64,000 nucleotides of DNA, taken from positions 12,152,001 to 12,216,000 of the forward strand of contig CM022667.1 of assembly GCA_012295275.1 (NCBI GenBank). Direction: 5' to 3'. The notes under the pieces were generated by a model. That model had not been told where the DNA came from, made no database searches, and saw only the letters and a list, made by a program, of their open reading frames with translations. The position numbers and the translations under genes were made by a program. This stretch comes from Chrysomallon squamiferum (Eukaryota > Animalia > Mollusca). Of the stretch, positions 1 to 14,493 are shown in pieces. Within the stretch, counting starts at the first letter, position 1; each line of letters starts with the position of its first letter.

Positions 1-705
1 TAGGGGAGATTATTCCCTGTGATCTGAACGTTAGAGGGAGCTGATGAAAGAATTAAACTAATGTAGGGTGACTTCGAATGGTTTCTGGTCGGAGATTGTG
101 TTAACCGAGGGAGACAGAAGAATTTAATTCACGCCGACTTCAAAGGGTTAAACGTTCCCTGCAATTAATACTTGATAGTCCATTGTTAGCAGAAGAGGGA
201 CACGTATGTCGCAATGTTAAAACAACAAGGACTGCTGGATACATTAATTTTAACGTGTCCTGCTGCGATTCGTGAATAAACAAACTGATATCCAGAAAAG
301 AGTACATACGGCCAACGCAGCCAGCCCCACCCAAATGTTACCACGCCCTTTTTTCCTTGAACCCGGAGATCTGCTCCTTATAAAGGTTCTTCATACACAT
401 TTATTTGAATTTTAATAAGCTTTTTAAAGAAAGAAAGAAAATTAATAGAATTTAGTAAATTAGTAATACTAATAATAACAGTAAAGAATATGACAACAAA
501 AACGATAACAACGACGAAGACACAAACAATAGGAATAACAATAATTATTATAACTACGATGATATGAAAACAAATTAGGAAAATAAATTTAAAGAATAAG
601 ATAATAAAACAAAGAGACCCCTAAGAAACAATTAAAATCAGGTTAGGTATGAATGTATGTATAAATATATGCATAATGTTTATGTGTGTCTGTGTGCGTG
701 TTATT

Positions 706-706
<1 letters not shown>

Positions 707-790
<84 letters not shown>
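707..790. repeat. (GA)n microsatellite
   Basis: Directly visible. Confidence 0.98.
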
Positions 791-795
<5 letters not shown>

Positions 796-3009
796 TTAGT
801 TTCGCCCCAAAAACTACAAGAATTGAAAGAAATTGGCATCTAACAAAAGAAGGAAACATAAATAATAAATAATGAAATAACAGCGACGTGAATTATAGAA
901 AAAATTCAAAATACGCGACTCAAATGAAAACATTTTTTTTAAAGAGAATCTTTTTGTATTATCGTTTATTTTGAATGAATTTACTGAATTTCAGAAAAGA
1001 CATTTCAAAGAGAATGGACGACGACAGCAGTGGAATTAATTTCGTTTTTGTCCAACAAGGAAAATACTGGAAAAATTTGTCGTTTCCACGTAGTCTTCTT
1101 CCCATTTCATTTCGTTGGCGGAAATTTGAATTCGGCGTGTGAAAAGCGACTGTTTGTGGTTAATACATTTAATCTGTAATGAAATCTTGAGTTAGCAAAT
1201 AAAATACAAAAGCTGGAGTCTGTATGATTAAGCGAAATCATGGTGTCATCAAGCGGGCTTCAGAAATGACCGAGATCGTCTGCAAACTGCGATGAAAGCA
1301 GCTGGCAGTAATGTCATCACCAGCCGAAGGCGGGAAGCCAAAAATCTCGCGAGACTGTACGAGATGCATTTCCGAGATCACACTTTTCATTTCCGCTGTG
1401 TGTTAGCTGGAGAATCTGATGATCTTGTGACATTCTTGACACAAAATAGACCAAAGAGTGACACGTGTTTACTCGCCTATCGGCATTTTCCACCGAAAAG
1501 AGTAACCGTGTCCGCACAAAAACGAATCTGAATTGGCGATAGAGGGCGCAATCTGACAGCGGAGTTTTTAATTTGACTAAGTGCCTGTGCTGCCAGTCTC
1601 GGTCTTTCCCAATCGAAAACGACAGCTAAAAAGAAGGCTCGGCAGAATCTCCTACCCAGTGTGTGCGCTTTTTTCTCCCCCCCCCAAGCAATCGACAGCT
1701 TTTAATCAAACACATTGATTTTAATTAAGCGAAAATGGGCACTCGCTGTTTCTCCGCGAACTCTGGGAAAACTCAGACAGAAACTGAAAATCCCGCAGTC
1801 GTCTGGCTGGCAAATGGAAGTTAAGTTTTGAAGGGACCTCACGCCGCGTGGAAACTCGACCCCTTAATTAGTTTGATTTGATACCACCAGATTTGTTAGT
1901 GCCAAGTTCTGACTCCGAGGAAATTGCAACTCGAGTCGCGGGCTGGGAGATAAAGCGAAGAACACAGATAAAGCCCTGTTTACATTCCGGGACTTACTCG
2001 ACACCTTCGCTCGGGCTACAGATACGAAGGCTTTCTTTCCACGTTTGGCGACCACAAAGTGAACCCTCTCCGAGTAACCTTCCCTTTGAAGAAGAAATAA
2101 AAACAGTGCAACCAATTAACCCCAAGAGCTTCTGTTAGTTTTACAACAAAAATAAGAATCATTAGATACCGAGAGAAAGACATAGAATAATAAAAAATAA
2201 AAAAATTTAAAGTCTTTTAGAAGTAAAAAAAAAATAAAAAAATAAAAAAAAGTGTAGAAACAAATTCCGTTCTTTTAAGTGATAAATTTGATAGCGTAGC
2301 AAAAGATAGAATTATCCGAATTAAAAATAACTATGTTATTTGAATTAGAGAATTTGTTTTTATAACTGAAACAAATGTATGATTCAAGACAAATTATCTT
2401 AAAGTTTAAGAAAGTGTCAGTTATATTGGTTTCTTTTTGAAATCTTTATATATATAAATTGTTTTTATATATATATATATATACAAGAAGAATCAACTTT
2501 AATTGGAAAAGATAAAACGAATGATGAAAACTAAACCTTATTGTCTAAACTGACAAAGGAAGCTCTCTTTATTTTACGACAGTAGAAATGTCCTGACATT
2601 TGCTGAATCAGATCTCCTCGGTAACGATCTCGGTTATTTCCCGTTCTCTTCAGTGCCCCTAACATATTACGTGGAATTTCTTGGTAAATGGTAAATTTCT
2701 GACTACGAGCTTTAAAAATCTGTTGCTGAAAATAGCTTTGAAGACAAGAATCTGGTTTCTTTTGTTAATCAAATATTTTATAAGTACGCTGGAGAAGGCA
2801 ATGACCTGACCATTAATAGAATTTGCATTTGGAAATAAAGTACTTATCTTTTTTATTTGTTTGGTTCTTTCTGTTACAGTTTTTTCTTTTTCTTTCTTTC
2901 TTTATTTTCCATTTACCTCTTCCTCTGTTTAAATGCAAGCAACAATCGCAAGGATATCTTGATATTTTTTGAAAAATAATATTCTTTCACACCTGCAAAA
3001 GAAAGAAAG

Positions 3010-3043
<34 letters not shown>

Positions 3044-3273
3044 AATTTTGAAACAAGCACTTGGCTTAAATTCATGTGAAATTATCAAACACACTTCATC
3101 TTGGTACAAGGACACTGGCAATAAAAGTGCTCGTACGTACACGTGAAAAAGACCTTTAATTCTCTGAATTATTACCCTTAAAACATTTTATCAGCGTGAG
3201 TGGCGTTACCGTTATTTCTAAAACTTGAACTTACGTCAACACAATGTATGAATTACTACAATAAACTCACAGC

Positions 3274-3312
<39 letters not shown>

Positions 3313-4145
3313 AATCTATTGATTATTCAGGTACATTAATAATTTTTTATTATTTTTCTTTTTTCTATCCAAAAAAAAAAAAAAAAAAAAAAAACCTTTA
3401 AGTTACTCGAAATAAATCTCAATGGTTTAATGGACGTTTCCGTTTCTCTCCGATTATACTCGCGGTCTTCTGCCAATCTTGAGTGATGCGGCTTTTGTTC
3501 CGATGTATTCCTACGCCGCCGGTGCCACGCGACAACCACTCTAACAGATATAAATTAAATTTCCGGTCTTTCAGGTGTTTCGAAAGCCAAGATGCTAAAG
3601 TGGTCGCGAGTTACGCACGTATATGTTTACCTGCCATCGATTGCAGATTTCGTCCTTTCTGCGGGGAACCGATTCCATTGTCCTGCTCCACCAAAGAAAT
3701 AACAGTTTTCGGTCACAACTGTCTACACAGAATTGATTACCTCTGGCAGACGTCAAAAGATAAGGATGCTTGATGGCAAGAACCCATTTTTATCTCTCTG
3801 TCTCTCGACTGTTTTGAGGCGTGTAGCCTCAAGCATTCAGAGTTCCTGTCTTTAGGACTCGATGTTAACTGTTTGAAGCACAAATTATTTTTAATGTAAA
3901 CAAGTTGACGGAAGGTTTTTGTGGCCAATTGGAGAGATAAAACATAATCGACCGATTGAGAACAATTTTGTGTTTCAATGGATCTTGAGCTGAGCGGGTC
4001 ACGGTTAATTGAAAAGTTCCAGGATGACGTGGGTTGCTTGTCGCAGACCAGTGTGTGACAGAACCATTAGCATGAAAATTACTGATCCTTGATCCTAATT
4101 TCGTTTTTTTTTTTTTATCTATCTATTTTAGTTTGTGTAAATTAA

Positions 4146-4147
<2 letters not shown>

Positions 4148-4231
<84 letters not shown>

Positions 4232-4249
4232 TCTCTCTTTCTCTCTCTC
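4148..4249. repeat. (CT)n microsatellite
   Basis: Directly visible. Confidence 0.97.
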
Positions 4250-4808
4250 CCCATACACACACAGAACACACAGGATCATTATAAAAAATCCTTCTTCAGT
4301 TTTAATTTTATATCTAACTACAGATCTCTGTCCTTCAAAGAACTGATCTGTAAAAAAAAGATAGAAGGAAATAATGTTTTGATTTATAATTATATTTGTA
4401 GTCCTGATTCTTAATGTCTAACATGACCATCATCGTTATTATAGAAGCAAATCGTGATACGATTCTGAAATTCTAGAAATATATTTTGTAGCCGATTTTC
4501 ATAATAATAAAAACGGTGGTTACGCTGAAAATTAAGAATTTCAACACTAAATATATTTAAAAATCCAGTTTCTTTCCTCTTATTCTTTTAACAGATTATT
4601 TCTGTCATATATATATATATAAAACAGTTATTAGTCATATTTATAGGTTATATGTAGAAGAAACTAATGCTTTGGATGTCAATGCCAAATCAGTTGAGAA
4701 GAGAAAATACACCAGAAGAGCCTGGAATTGCAAGACTACAAAAATAATTTACCATTTACGACTGTCTTAGTTCTTTCTATTCTAATATTTATATAAGGAA
4801 ACTATAAC

Positions 4809-4865
<57 letters not shown>

Positions 4866-4934
4866 GAAAAAAAAAAGAAAGAAAAAAAGCAATTATCATA
4901 TTTAAATGTCAAACAAAAACAAAACAGAACAAAT

Positions 4935-4969
<35 letters not shown>

Positions 4970-7154
4970 GTTAATTTCCATAGCTTCAATTAACGACACG
5001 ACACGAAAATAGCTCAAACCATTGCCCTGCAGAATTCCACGCATTCTAATTTCTCGGTCTTCTGCGCTGACTCGAAAACGAGAAAAAAAAACGCGAGGAA
5101 GGACTTCGCTTTTACAATGGACTTACGATGTATTTGACAGTTTTTATCGCATCTTCCAAATGTCGAACAGGTCCTCGGAGGGTTTTGAGCGGAGTGGTTT
5201 TGCAAATGGACAGATTGGCAGACGCACAGACGGGTGTTAGAGGTACACGAGAACACGAGATTCTCAGGTGTGGGAGTCGTGTAGGGTTTCAAAGCACGCG
5301 GGATTTCGCGCCACTTAACGGTCGCGGTGATCTCTGCAACAATATGGCGTCGCGCACGCGCTGGGACTATCGAGTGACGACGTCTGAGAAATGTGATCAC
5401 GAAGCTGCGTCCGTTTCTTTTTTTTTTTTTTTTTTTGGGGAATTCGACCACGACGGCGGCATTAAAGGCTGGGTTGTAATAAATGGTCTGAAAATGTTCC
5501 CTCGTGAATCGCCTCTCTTTCGAGTCAGAGACGACAATAAACTAATTAAAATTCCCATCTTCCATTTTTTTTTTTTTTTTTGTAAACATTGTTAAGCATG
5601 GCAAAAAGCTGATAAATTGTTGGGTCAAATCTCGGTATGAGTTTTTTTTTTTTTTTTTTTTTTTTTTTGTAAAATTGGAGTCGAAATTTCGGATATTAAG
5701 AAACACAAAAATAGAGGAAAACAAATAGAAAAACAGAAGGGAGAAAAAAAAAAAAAAAAAAAAGAGTGAAGAGATGGATTGTTTGAGAGATAAACAGACT
5801 GAAAATAAATATAATAATGCTGATATGTAATTAAAAACTGTCATTTATTTATTTTTATTTTATTTTATTTATTTATTGTTCATTTATTATTATTATTTTG
5901 TTATTTTTTATTATTATTATTATTTTATTATTTATTTTATTATTATTATTATTTTATTATTTTATTATTATTTTTATTATTTTTTATTATTATTATTTCT
6001 ATTATTATTATTATTATTATTAATTTATTTTAATATTTATTCATTCATTCAATAAACAAACAAACAAAACAGAAACAAACTTCATAAATAAGGACAGTGG
6101 AACTGCAACGTTATTTATGGACGTTCTGCAAAAGACATTAATAAACGATGCAATCTACTCTTATCATTTTAATAATAAATCAAACTCAACGAATTCCCTT
6201 TGTTGAGATGTTTATGAGATGTCTTCACCTCAAGCAGCCGCTGCTACGACGTCACCCATAAAAAGTAGGCGGAGGTTGAAAAATGCCGTTCTCATGACGT
6301 AAAAAAATAATGAACCGCGCGACATCTTGTGATGCGCTGCGACAAAAGTAATTAATAATAAAAAAAATAAAGGACCGTTTACCAGTCGTTGTTTTTATAG
6401 TAGTGGTTTTTTTTTTTTTTTTTTACAGTGCTGTTTATTTATTTTATTTAAGTTTATTTAATCTATTTAATCTATTTAATTTATTTACGTGGACTGTCTT
6501 TTTTTTGCTGAAGAAATTTTCTGAACACACGCATTTTTTTTTTATAATAAGTTCGTTTTAATTAAGATATAACATTTCAAAGTAATTATTAACTGTAAAT
6601 AAAATATAATTTACTGAAATGATCCATTCATAATACCAACAACTTACATCTGTCATCTCCCTCCCTCTCTCTCCCCCTCGTGTCTCTTCTCCCCCATGCT
6701 TCCACTCTTTCCCAGTCTTCACTCTCTCTTCTAACCATCCCGCATTACACTATTAAATTATTTCGCTTAACGGTTTTTAACTTTTATTTTCATTAATAAA
6801 ATCCACACAATGCGCGCGCACGCTGGGAACAGCGAAAATAAACGAGCTCAAAACGTGCATGACGGACATTACCGAAGAAAAACGAAACGAAATTCAAACT
6901 GTGACGATTTTATGTCCAAAATTACTCAGCATGGAATCGAATTATGTTCATTTATGCTGGTAGAAATTATTAAAATTGTTTTTATTATTTATTTTTTTTT
7001 TTTTTTTTTTTTTTTACTCAGTATGTAATTTCCTGCTTTTAATTAAAGATTTTAAATGTGAAGCTATTAATTTTAATTGATTAGTTTTTAAGAACTTCTA
7101 AAACAAAAACAATTAATAATAAAAATAAGAATAAGAATAAGAACAACGAAAAGT

Positions 7155-7157
<3 letters not shown>

Positions 7158-7249
<92 letters not shown>
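7158..7249. repeat. (GA)n microsatellite
   Basis: Directly visible. Confidence 0.98.
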
Positions 7250-7253
<4 letters not shown>

Positions 7254-9568
7254 ATAAACTTTATTTTTTTTATTTTTATTTTTTTTTTATTTGGTTACGT
7301 GTTTAGAAAAACTTATCATCATCATCATCAAAAACATCACCATCATCATTCATTACTTCTGTGGTACAAACCTAATAACAACACGTAATTTTTTATCAAG
7401 TTATTCAATCGCAGAAAACGTCTCACTTGACTGCACTCAGAAAGACATCCAAAATAATTAGTTTCGGATTAATCACGGCTTTGTTCTAAACCCATTAATC
7501 TTAATCTGTGATAATAAAGAAAATACCTTTTGATCTACCTGCGCACTATAAATCAGGTGTCGCTTACCACAAACGAAGTGCTTCGTTTCAAAGGTAACAA
7601 TTGAATGCGATGTGTACTTGACGACTCGCGGTATATTAACTCATTGAAGCAACGAACGAAAAAAAAAAAAAAAAAAAAAAAAATTATATATATAGGCCTC
7701 AGCTATCAATCAACTTCAAAGGAAACAAATATATTTATATATTGGACATCGCGGCTTTGTCCACCTGCGATATTGACGAATTAACTGGACTGTAAAAACT
7801 GGGGACAGAAAAAAAAAAAAAAAAAAAAAAAAATAATAATAATAATAATAATAATCATAAAGGGCGTTGCGTTCGTGGCGCCCTCTGGATTGTTTCCCTT
7901 ATGTGTTTCTATGTGTCGCTCTCTTTTGCGATAAGTTACGTTATTTTGTTTTTTTTTTTTTTGTATTTATTTATTTATTTGTTTATTTATTTATTTTTTT
8001 TTTTCAACCTTCAGTATTATGGTGCTTCATTTATAAGGAGAAAAATACAAACTACTTTTTAAAATTTAATATTTGTTCTTATTTTTCAGATTTTTTTTTT
8101 AAAACTATTTTTATTTATTATTATTTCTTTTCATTTATTAAAAAAAAAGGAATACTTTATTTCAAACATCCTTTCTTTTCTTTTATCTTCTTTCATTCTT
8201 CTTTTCTTTCTTTTCTTTGATTCTTTCGTTCTTTTTTCTTTCTTTTCATTGTTTGCGTCTTTCACTCTGATGATCGGTTTGCAGATTTTGACAATGAAGA
8301 AGAAAATACAACAACAGCCATTGTATACTAGAAAACCTTAACACGTGTCTTTTTCACTTCCACGTGCTGTCTGTAAATTGTTTGTATTCCCTGGTTTGTA
8401 TTATTGAGTTACCTATTTGCTTATGTTAAGCAAAACACGTGTGAAATGATTCTGTGAGGTCGACTTGACGTGAATAAATTTCAATCTCTGTGTTAGTTTA
8501 TTGCTACAAGATTAACATAACTTATTGATATTATTAACGACACACGTACGGTCACCGCTACAGCTGAACGAAAAAAAAAAGAATGACAGCCCGAGGTACC
8601 ATGGTGCGTACGATCGATCCTCACGAGAGGAGAATAGAGTTTAATTCACCTAAGGTCCATTTAGAGTCGTATTTTCAGTTTTACAAAAGCTGGGTTAGGG
8701 TGCTATAGAAAGATGTATAAAAAAAAAAAATGTTCCTAATTGATGAAAAATTGCTCTTGCTCTAACCATTTCAGTTGTTTTTTTGTTTTTTGTTGTTTTT
8801 GTTTTGTTTCTGAGGTATCATCATTATGTGTTAGAAAATGTCGATTAATATTTAACTGATCTGCAGCATAATATATTTTCTAAATTTAATTACTTTGTTT
8901 TACCGTTCCAACCAAATCTCCACGTACTGTATACATCTGGTGAAATTTAAACCTTAAAAACTCAAGCAATAATCATTAATGTCAAAATGTGGCAATGCAC
9001 CTTTAAACGAATATTTATACAAACTATTTGATAATATATATATATATATAAATTAAATTAAAATAAATAAATAAATAAATAAATAAAATAAATAAATAAA
9101 TAAATAAAACAAGCAAGCAGAAAGTCCAGCGCAGCATGGTTCATTCATTCAGCACGTTTGTCATGTTGACTTCACTACACAAGTATGAATTTAAATTCAT
9201 GGTTTAAATTCTCGGCTTCATACTGAGATATTTTAAATTATTTCTCTTTGTAGCAAAGTGTCACCCCACCAGAAAAAACTCATACCACATTAGGCAACTG
9301 ACACTATACATTACACCAGCTCACACGTATCTGACGACATTAATTATTCCAATCTACGGGAGCCCATTTGTGTCATGTTTTCCTAACACTGAAGTGACAC
9401 CAGTAATGACATATTTCCTTTGTTCTGTTCTTGCTGCTGTTACTGCTGTTACAACTACAACTACTATAGTTACAAACGCTACTACTATCACTAATACTAT
9501 GACTGCTCTTACTACTACTACTACAGCAACATATATTAATGCTGATGCCACTACTACTACTATGACCA

Positions 9569-9603
<35 letters not shown>

Positions 9604-11604
9604 AGCTAGTAATTAACATCCCAATTCAAATAATATTTCTTCTTCTTCTTCTTCTTTTTATTATTATTATTATCGTTGTTGTTGATATTTTTATCGCTGC
9701 TGCTATTGTTCTAATATTATGAAACCTCGAAGACGGTTATACCGTTATGGCCCTTTTGTTCCTCCATAGTACAGAGACCACAAGGATTGCGTGTAGGTAT
9801 ATAAGTATTGATTGCTGCACAGGGAAACATGAAATAAACATGTTACTTGATGAATCGGGTGACAACAAAGAAACAAATGTAAATTTCTCTGCTAAATATG
9901 TTACGTATTTACATGACATGTTTTATACAGAAATAACAGTTGTATTATTTTGTTTTTGTTTTCTCTTTTTTCTTCCTTTTTTTTAACCTTATTTTTATTT
10001 TAATATATTTTTTTATTTTTTATATTTATTATTTATTATTTATTTATTTATTTATTTAATGGTATTAATATTAGTATTGTTAGTATTATTATTATAACTT
10101 TGAATTTTAATTTTATTATTATTATTAATATTAATATTATTATTATTATTTATTTATTTTTTTTTTTTTTTTTTTTTGATTTTTTCTATATAATGTTTTT
10201 GTTTTGGTATGTTTTGGCGAAACTGTACAAAATAAATAAATAAGTAAGTAACTAATGAAACAAATAAATAAAAATGAATGTCAGTTTTCTTCTTGCAAAT
10301 TGCATACATCAATAATAATAATAATAATAATAATAATAATCGTCTTTATACTATAATAAATTATAAATTTAACAACATACCCGATTGATTTTCAAACCAA
10401 AAATACCTTGCACGTGGACCAATTCACACCACTATGACACGATCATTCACTACAATAACCCCCTCTAGCGGTCATAACGTCAAAATATAACAACAATACA
10501 TTTATGATAATTTAATAATTTTTGCAGCACACCTCGCGTTTCGGATCAGAGGTCACCGGCCTCGCTTCGGAATGACAGCACGTGCAGTTAGTGGACGACA
10601 TCCGAGTGGTCTCAATGCACGTGCAAGTGTTCTCGGGACGCACGAGATGGAGGTGAAAGTTCGTGCTGGTTTTAAAAGCGTGGAAAGCACCCGTGTGCTG
10701 AATTGTTTTGTGTCTTGTGTGTCTATTGTGGAAGAGGTCAAATTATCAGGAAATGTTAGAATGATTTAATACAGAAATCTGTTATCTTTGTAAATATTTT
10801 AAAGTTTTAAGGATTTGGCCTTGCTAAAGTGTTTTCTTGTTATTGGTTTATTGGTTTATTTAATTAGTTATTTAGATATTTATTTATTGTCATTATCATT
10901 ATTATTTATTTGTTTTGTTGTTATTATTATTATTACAGTTGTTGTTATTTTTGTTGTTATTATTATTACGATCACCGTTTTCATTTATTACAAAATCTGT
11001 AATCGTTTATTTATTAAATAAAACACCGGCCTGTATACCAATAGTTACATGATTAACGAACAAAACTATAAAAAAAAAAAAAAAAAAAAGCTCAGATTCG
11101 TTTACAATCATATCTGTTTCAGCAAAATAGAAAAAATAAACAAAATGACAAAACAAAAGCAGTTATTAAATAATAATTCTCTATTAATAACCTCATTGTT
11201 TCATTTTTCCCAACGAACATTCAATTACTTTATTAACCAAAGCCATCTTCAAAGTGTCAACACAACAAACAAAAAAAAAACCCAACCCAACCACACACAT
11301 CAAATCTAGCAACCGTTTACACAATACCATTTAAGACCATCATTTATTTGAGCTATTTATCATCGCAGTGACAACGGATCAAATGTTTAATTAATAAACA
11401 CGACGTTAATGACGTCTTATTATCGCCGTGGGATAATATTAAACTACTACGATCCAGGCAGATACATCATATATTATTTTTACACAGCCAGAGGCCTGGT
11501 TTGTCCCATTTTGTCAAACAGAAAGCAGAAGTGAGAGATTGTGAGAGCGACTGTGAGAAAGAGACAGACAGAGATAAAGGGATGGACGGGTGGATGGAAG
11601 GATA

Positions 11605-11677
<73 letters not shown>

Positions 11678-11793
11678 ATGTATATGTAGTTACACATTGA
11701 TGTTGAAACGAAGAAGAAGAAAAAAGATGAGATAGGGTAAATTACAATTCCAGATAAATTTATACACACACGCACAAACACAGAAGAGGGCGG

Positions 11794-11860
<67 letters not shown>
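11605..11860. repeat. (GT)n(AT)n and (GA)n microsatellites
   Basis: Directly visible. Confidence 0.93.
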
Positions 11861-11865
<5 letters not shown>

Positions 11866-12555
11866 AGCAAGCTAAGCAAGCTATATGCATGTGCAAGAGA
11901 GAAGAAAGAAAAAATTAAAGATACTGCCTCATTAATTTTCCATCCTTATAAACGGACAAACTTCCAGAGTGGATTAAAATCAGACAGAAAAAAAAAAAAA
12001 AGAAGAGAAAACAGGGTTAAAAAAGGTCAAAATGTGAAGAAAAAAGAAAAAAGATAGAAAGAACGAAAGAAAAGCGAAGAAGAACAACCACAGCAAAGAA
12101 TTCCCCAAGCATCTATTTAATAATAATTCTTTTTTTTTTTTTTTTTTTTTTTTTTTTGTTCTGTGTTTTTCATCTGAGCTCTGTTGAATCACTAAAGAGT
12201 GTATTTCCCTCTCATTCCGCTGATATTTAAAGCAATCGTGTTTTGAGCTGAGCTTTTAATTTCCTCGCCGAGCAAACAGTGATGAAGAGACCAACTGAAA
12301 ACCCAAACCAGACCAGCATTGTGGACGAAAGTGGCAAGACAACTTTTCAATTGGCGTTCTGTTGACCCATGTAGCAATTAAAGGTTTCGAGTGACTGGAT
12401 GTCGGCAGAAATTAATGTTGAATCAGTTTGGGGCTTCGTTTAATCAAGGTGCTGGAACATTTTGTTAATAAAATACGGAGGCTTGTCAAGATCGTTGACA
12501 GTTGCAGTTACCAGAATGTCGGAATGGAAAGGAAACGGCCAGATGTCTGAAAATA

Positions 12556-12594
<39 letters not shown>

Positions 12595-14159
12595 AAAAAG
12601 GGGGGTTTATTAAATGTTGAGTGTATACGTCAGTTTCTGTTATTGTAATGATTGTGTTTGTGTCGAATCATGTTTGGCCCCGGTTTGAAGAAATGGTAAA
12701 AGACGATAAATAAGACGACAGTGTTGATGATAAGTCTTCCTAATGATTAGGATAGTGATGATGATCATCTCGAATAATAATTGTAATAATCATCTTGAGA
12801 ATGGGCATACGATAATTACAAAGTGTCAACGGTTTTTAGTGTTGTTCACTATCACTATCAATAGTCATGCTTACAGAAAAACGAGAATGTGACGTAAAAA
12901 TTAGTCATATGAAAATCTGAGTTTACTGTCTACTGTTACATACTGTGACTACGATTACTACTAACAATGTTACTACAACTGCTGCTGTAACAGTTGTCGT
13001 AGTAGTAGTTGTGAAAATGTTGTCAGACATTGTAGTGGCAATATGTACACTACAGTTATCATTACTATTACTACTACTTTATTTTTTCTGTGGTATTATT
13101 ATCATTATGATTAATAATAATAATTATTATTATCGTCATCATCATCATTATCATCATCTCGCCATCATCATCATCATTACTATTATTATTATTACTTCGT
13201 TCTTTTTTATCATTCTATTTTGTAGTTTTATTTTATTTTTCTCCTTTTATTTCTGTGTTTTTTTCTCACCCAAATGATTTTTTTTTCTGTGTTTTTAAAA
13301 ACTCACCTCATCCGTATTCTAAGAACTTGATCTATAAAACAAATAAAACACTTAATTATTACATTGATAAATCCATTCAAACACAAGAATCAGAAAACAA
13401 GTGCATTCATTTATTCAATTTACCCCCCGTATGCATTTATTACCAACCACTTTAGAGTTTAAAAAAAAAAAAAAAAAAAAAGAAACAAAAAAAAAAAAGA
13501 ACTCAAAAATCCACAAAAACACCAATATTCGCTTGTTCGGAATTCACAGAAGCCGGAAGTGCGCGCCCTAACCAAACAAATGGTTAACTTAAAATACGCA
13601 ATTCAATAAAACGAAAACGGATTTTCAACAATGCTGAGATACCTTTAGCTAAAATTAACGCCGACGTAGGCCGGCTTTCGAAATGACACCAATAGATTTC
13701 TCGATCTATGCGTTATTCACGGCTAACAATGGTAATTAATTATGCGACAGTCTCACCTGATATTCTCGGTCATGGTGGCTGCCTCCCAAAGACGGTGTCG
13801 TCTGCTTTAATGAAAGAGCTCTCCTGAGCAGGAAGGCGTGAAATTCTCTACAGAGTGTTGCACGTGCCGCTAATATCGCACTAGACAAAGTTTGATTCGT
13901 TTAACTGACAGAACCATAACTTGTTTGTTAACTTAGTGAGACGAAAAAAAAAAAAAATAATAATGATAATAATAAAAAAATAAAAAATAACACAGTTTAC
14001 TATTTCAAATCAAACGGGAAATTGTCTTGTTCGGGTACCATTTGGCTTCCACGCCGTCGACGACTGCTTTAACAGACGACAAATGATCTCGCAGACGTCG
14101 TCGACCTGTTTGATTGGCGTCAACAAGTTGTGTGTTAGAGTGCAGATACAATGTTTGTC

Positions 14160-14257
<98 letters not shown>

Positions 14258-14335
14258 ATAGACAAAAAGACACAAACAGTGAAAGACAGAGACAGGAACT
14301 GTGCGTGCATAATGAGTTAGATCCAGGGCCGGATT

Positions 14336-14366
<31 letters not shown>
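14160..14366. repeat. (GT)n(GA)n compound microsatellite and a second (GA)n tract
   Basis: Directly visible. Confidence 0.95.
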
Positions 14367-14367
<1 letters not shown>

Positions 14368-14478
14368 AGGTTAAAAAAAAAAAAAAAAGTTTGAGAGAAA
14401 GAAAGAGAGATTCCATAACTTTTACCTTTTTTAGTTAAACAAAACGTCAGTATTTATTAAATGAAACTAATTTAATTT

Positions 14479-14493
14479 CCACAAGATGGCGCT
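14479..14493 (+). promoter_or_regulatory. Candidate CTCF site (overlaps a YY1/Pho-type AAGATGGCG)
   Basis: CCACAAGATGGCGCT closely matches the CTCF core CCASYAGRKGGCRS, with one tolerated deviation. Motif evidence only. Confidence 0.45.

Noticed and set aside
5014-5595. Longer overlapping ORFs (145-155 aa), and similar ones at 1878-2138 and 19777-20025
   Set aside because: They run through homopolymer tracts or lack any recognisable motif or splice boundary, and are better explained as GC-richer non-coding islands.
14058-14105. Imperfect hairpin gtcgacgactgc...gcagacgtcgtcgac as a pre-miRNA
   Set aside because: The stem is only about 12 bp with a bulge and a large loop, too short for a Drosha substrate.
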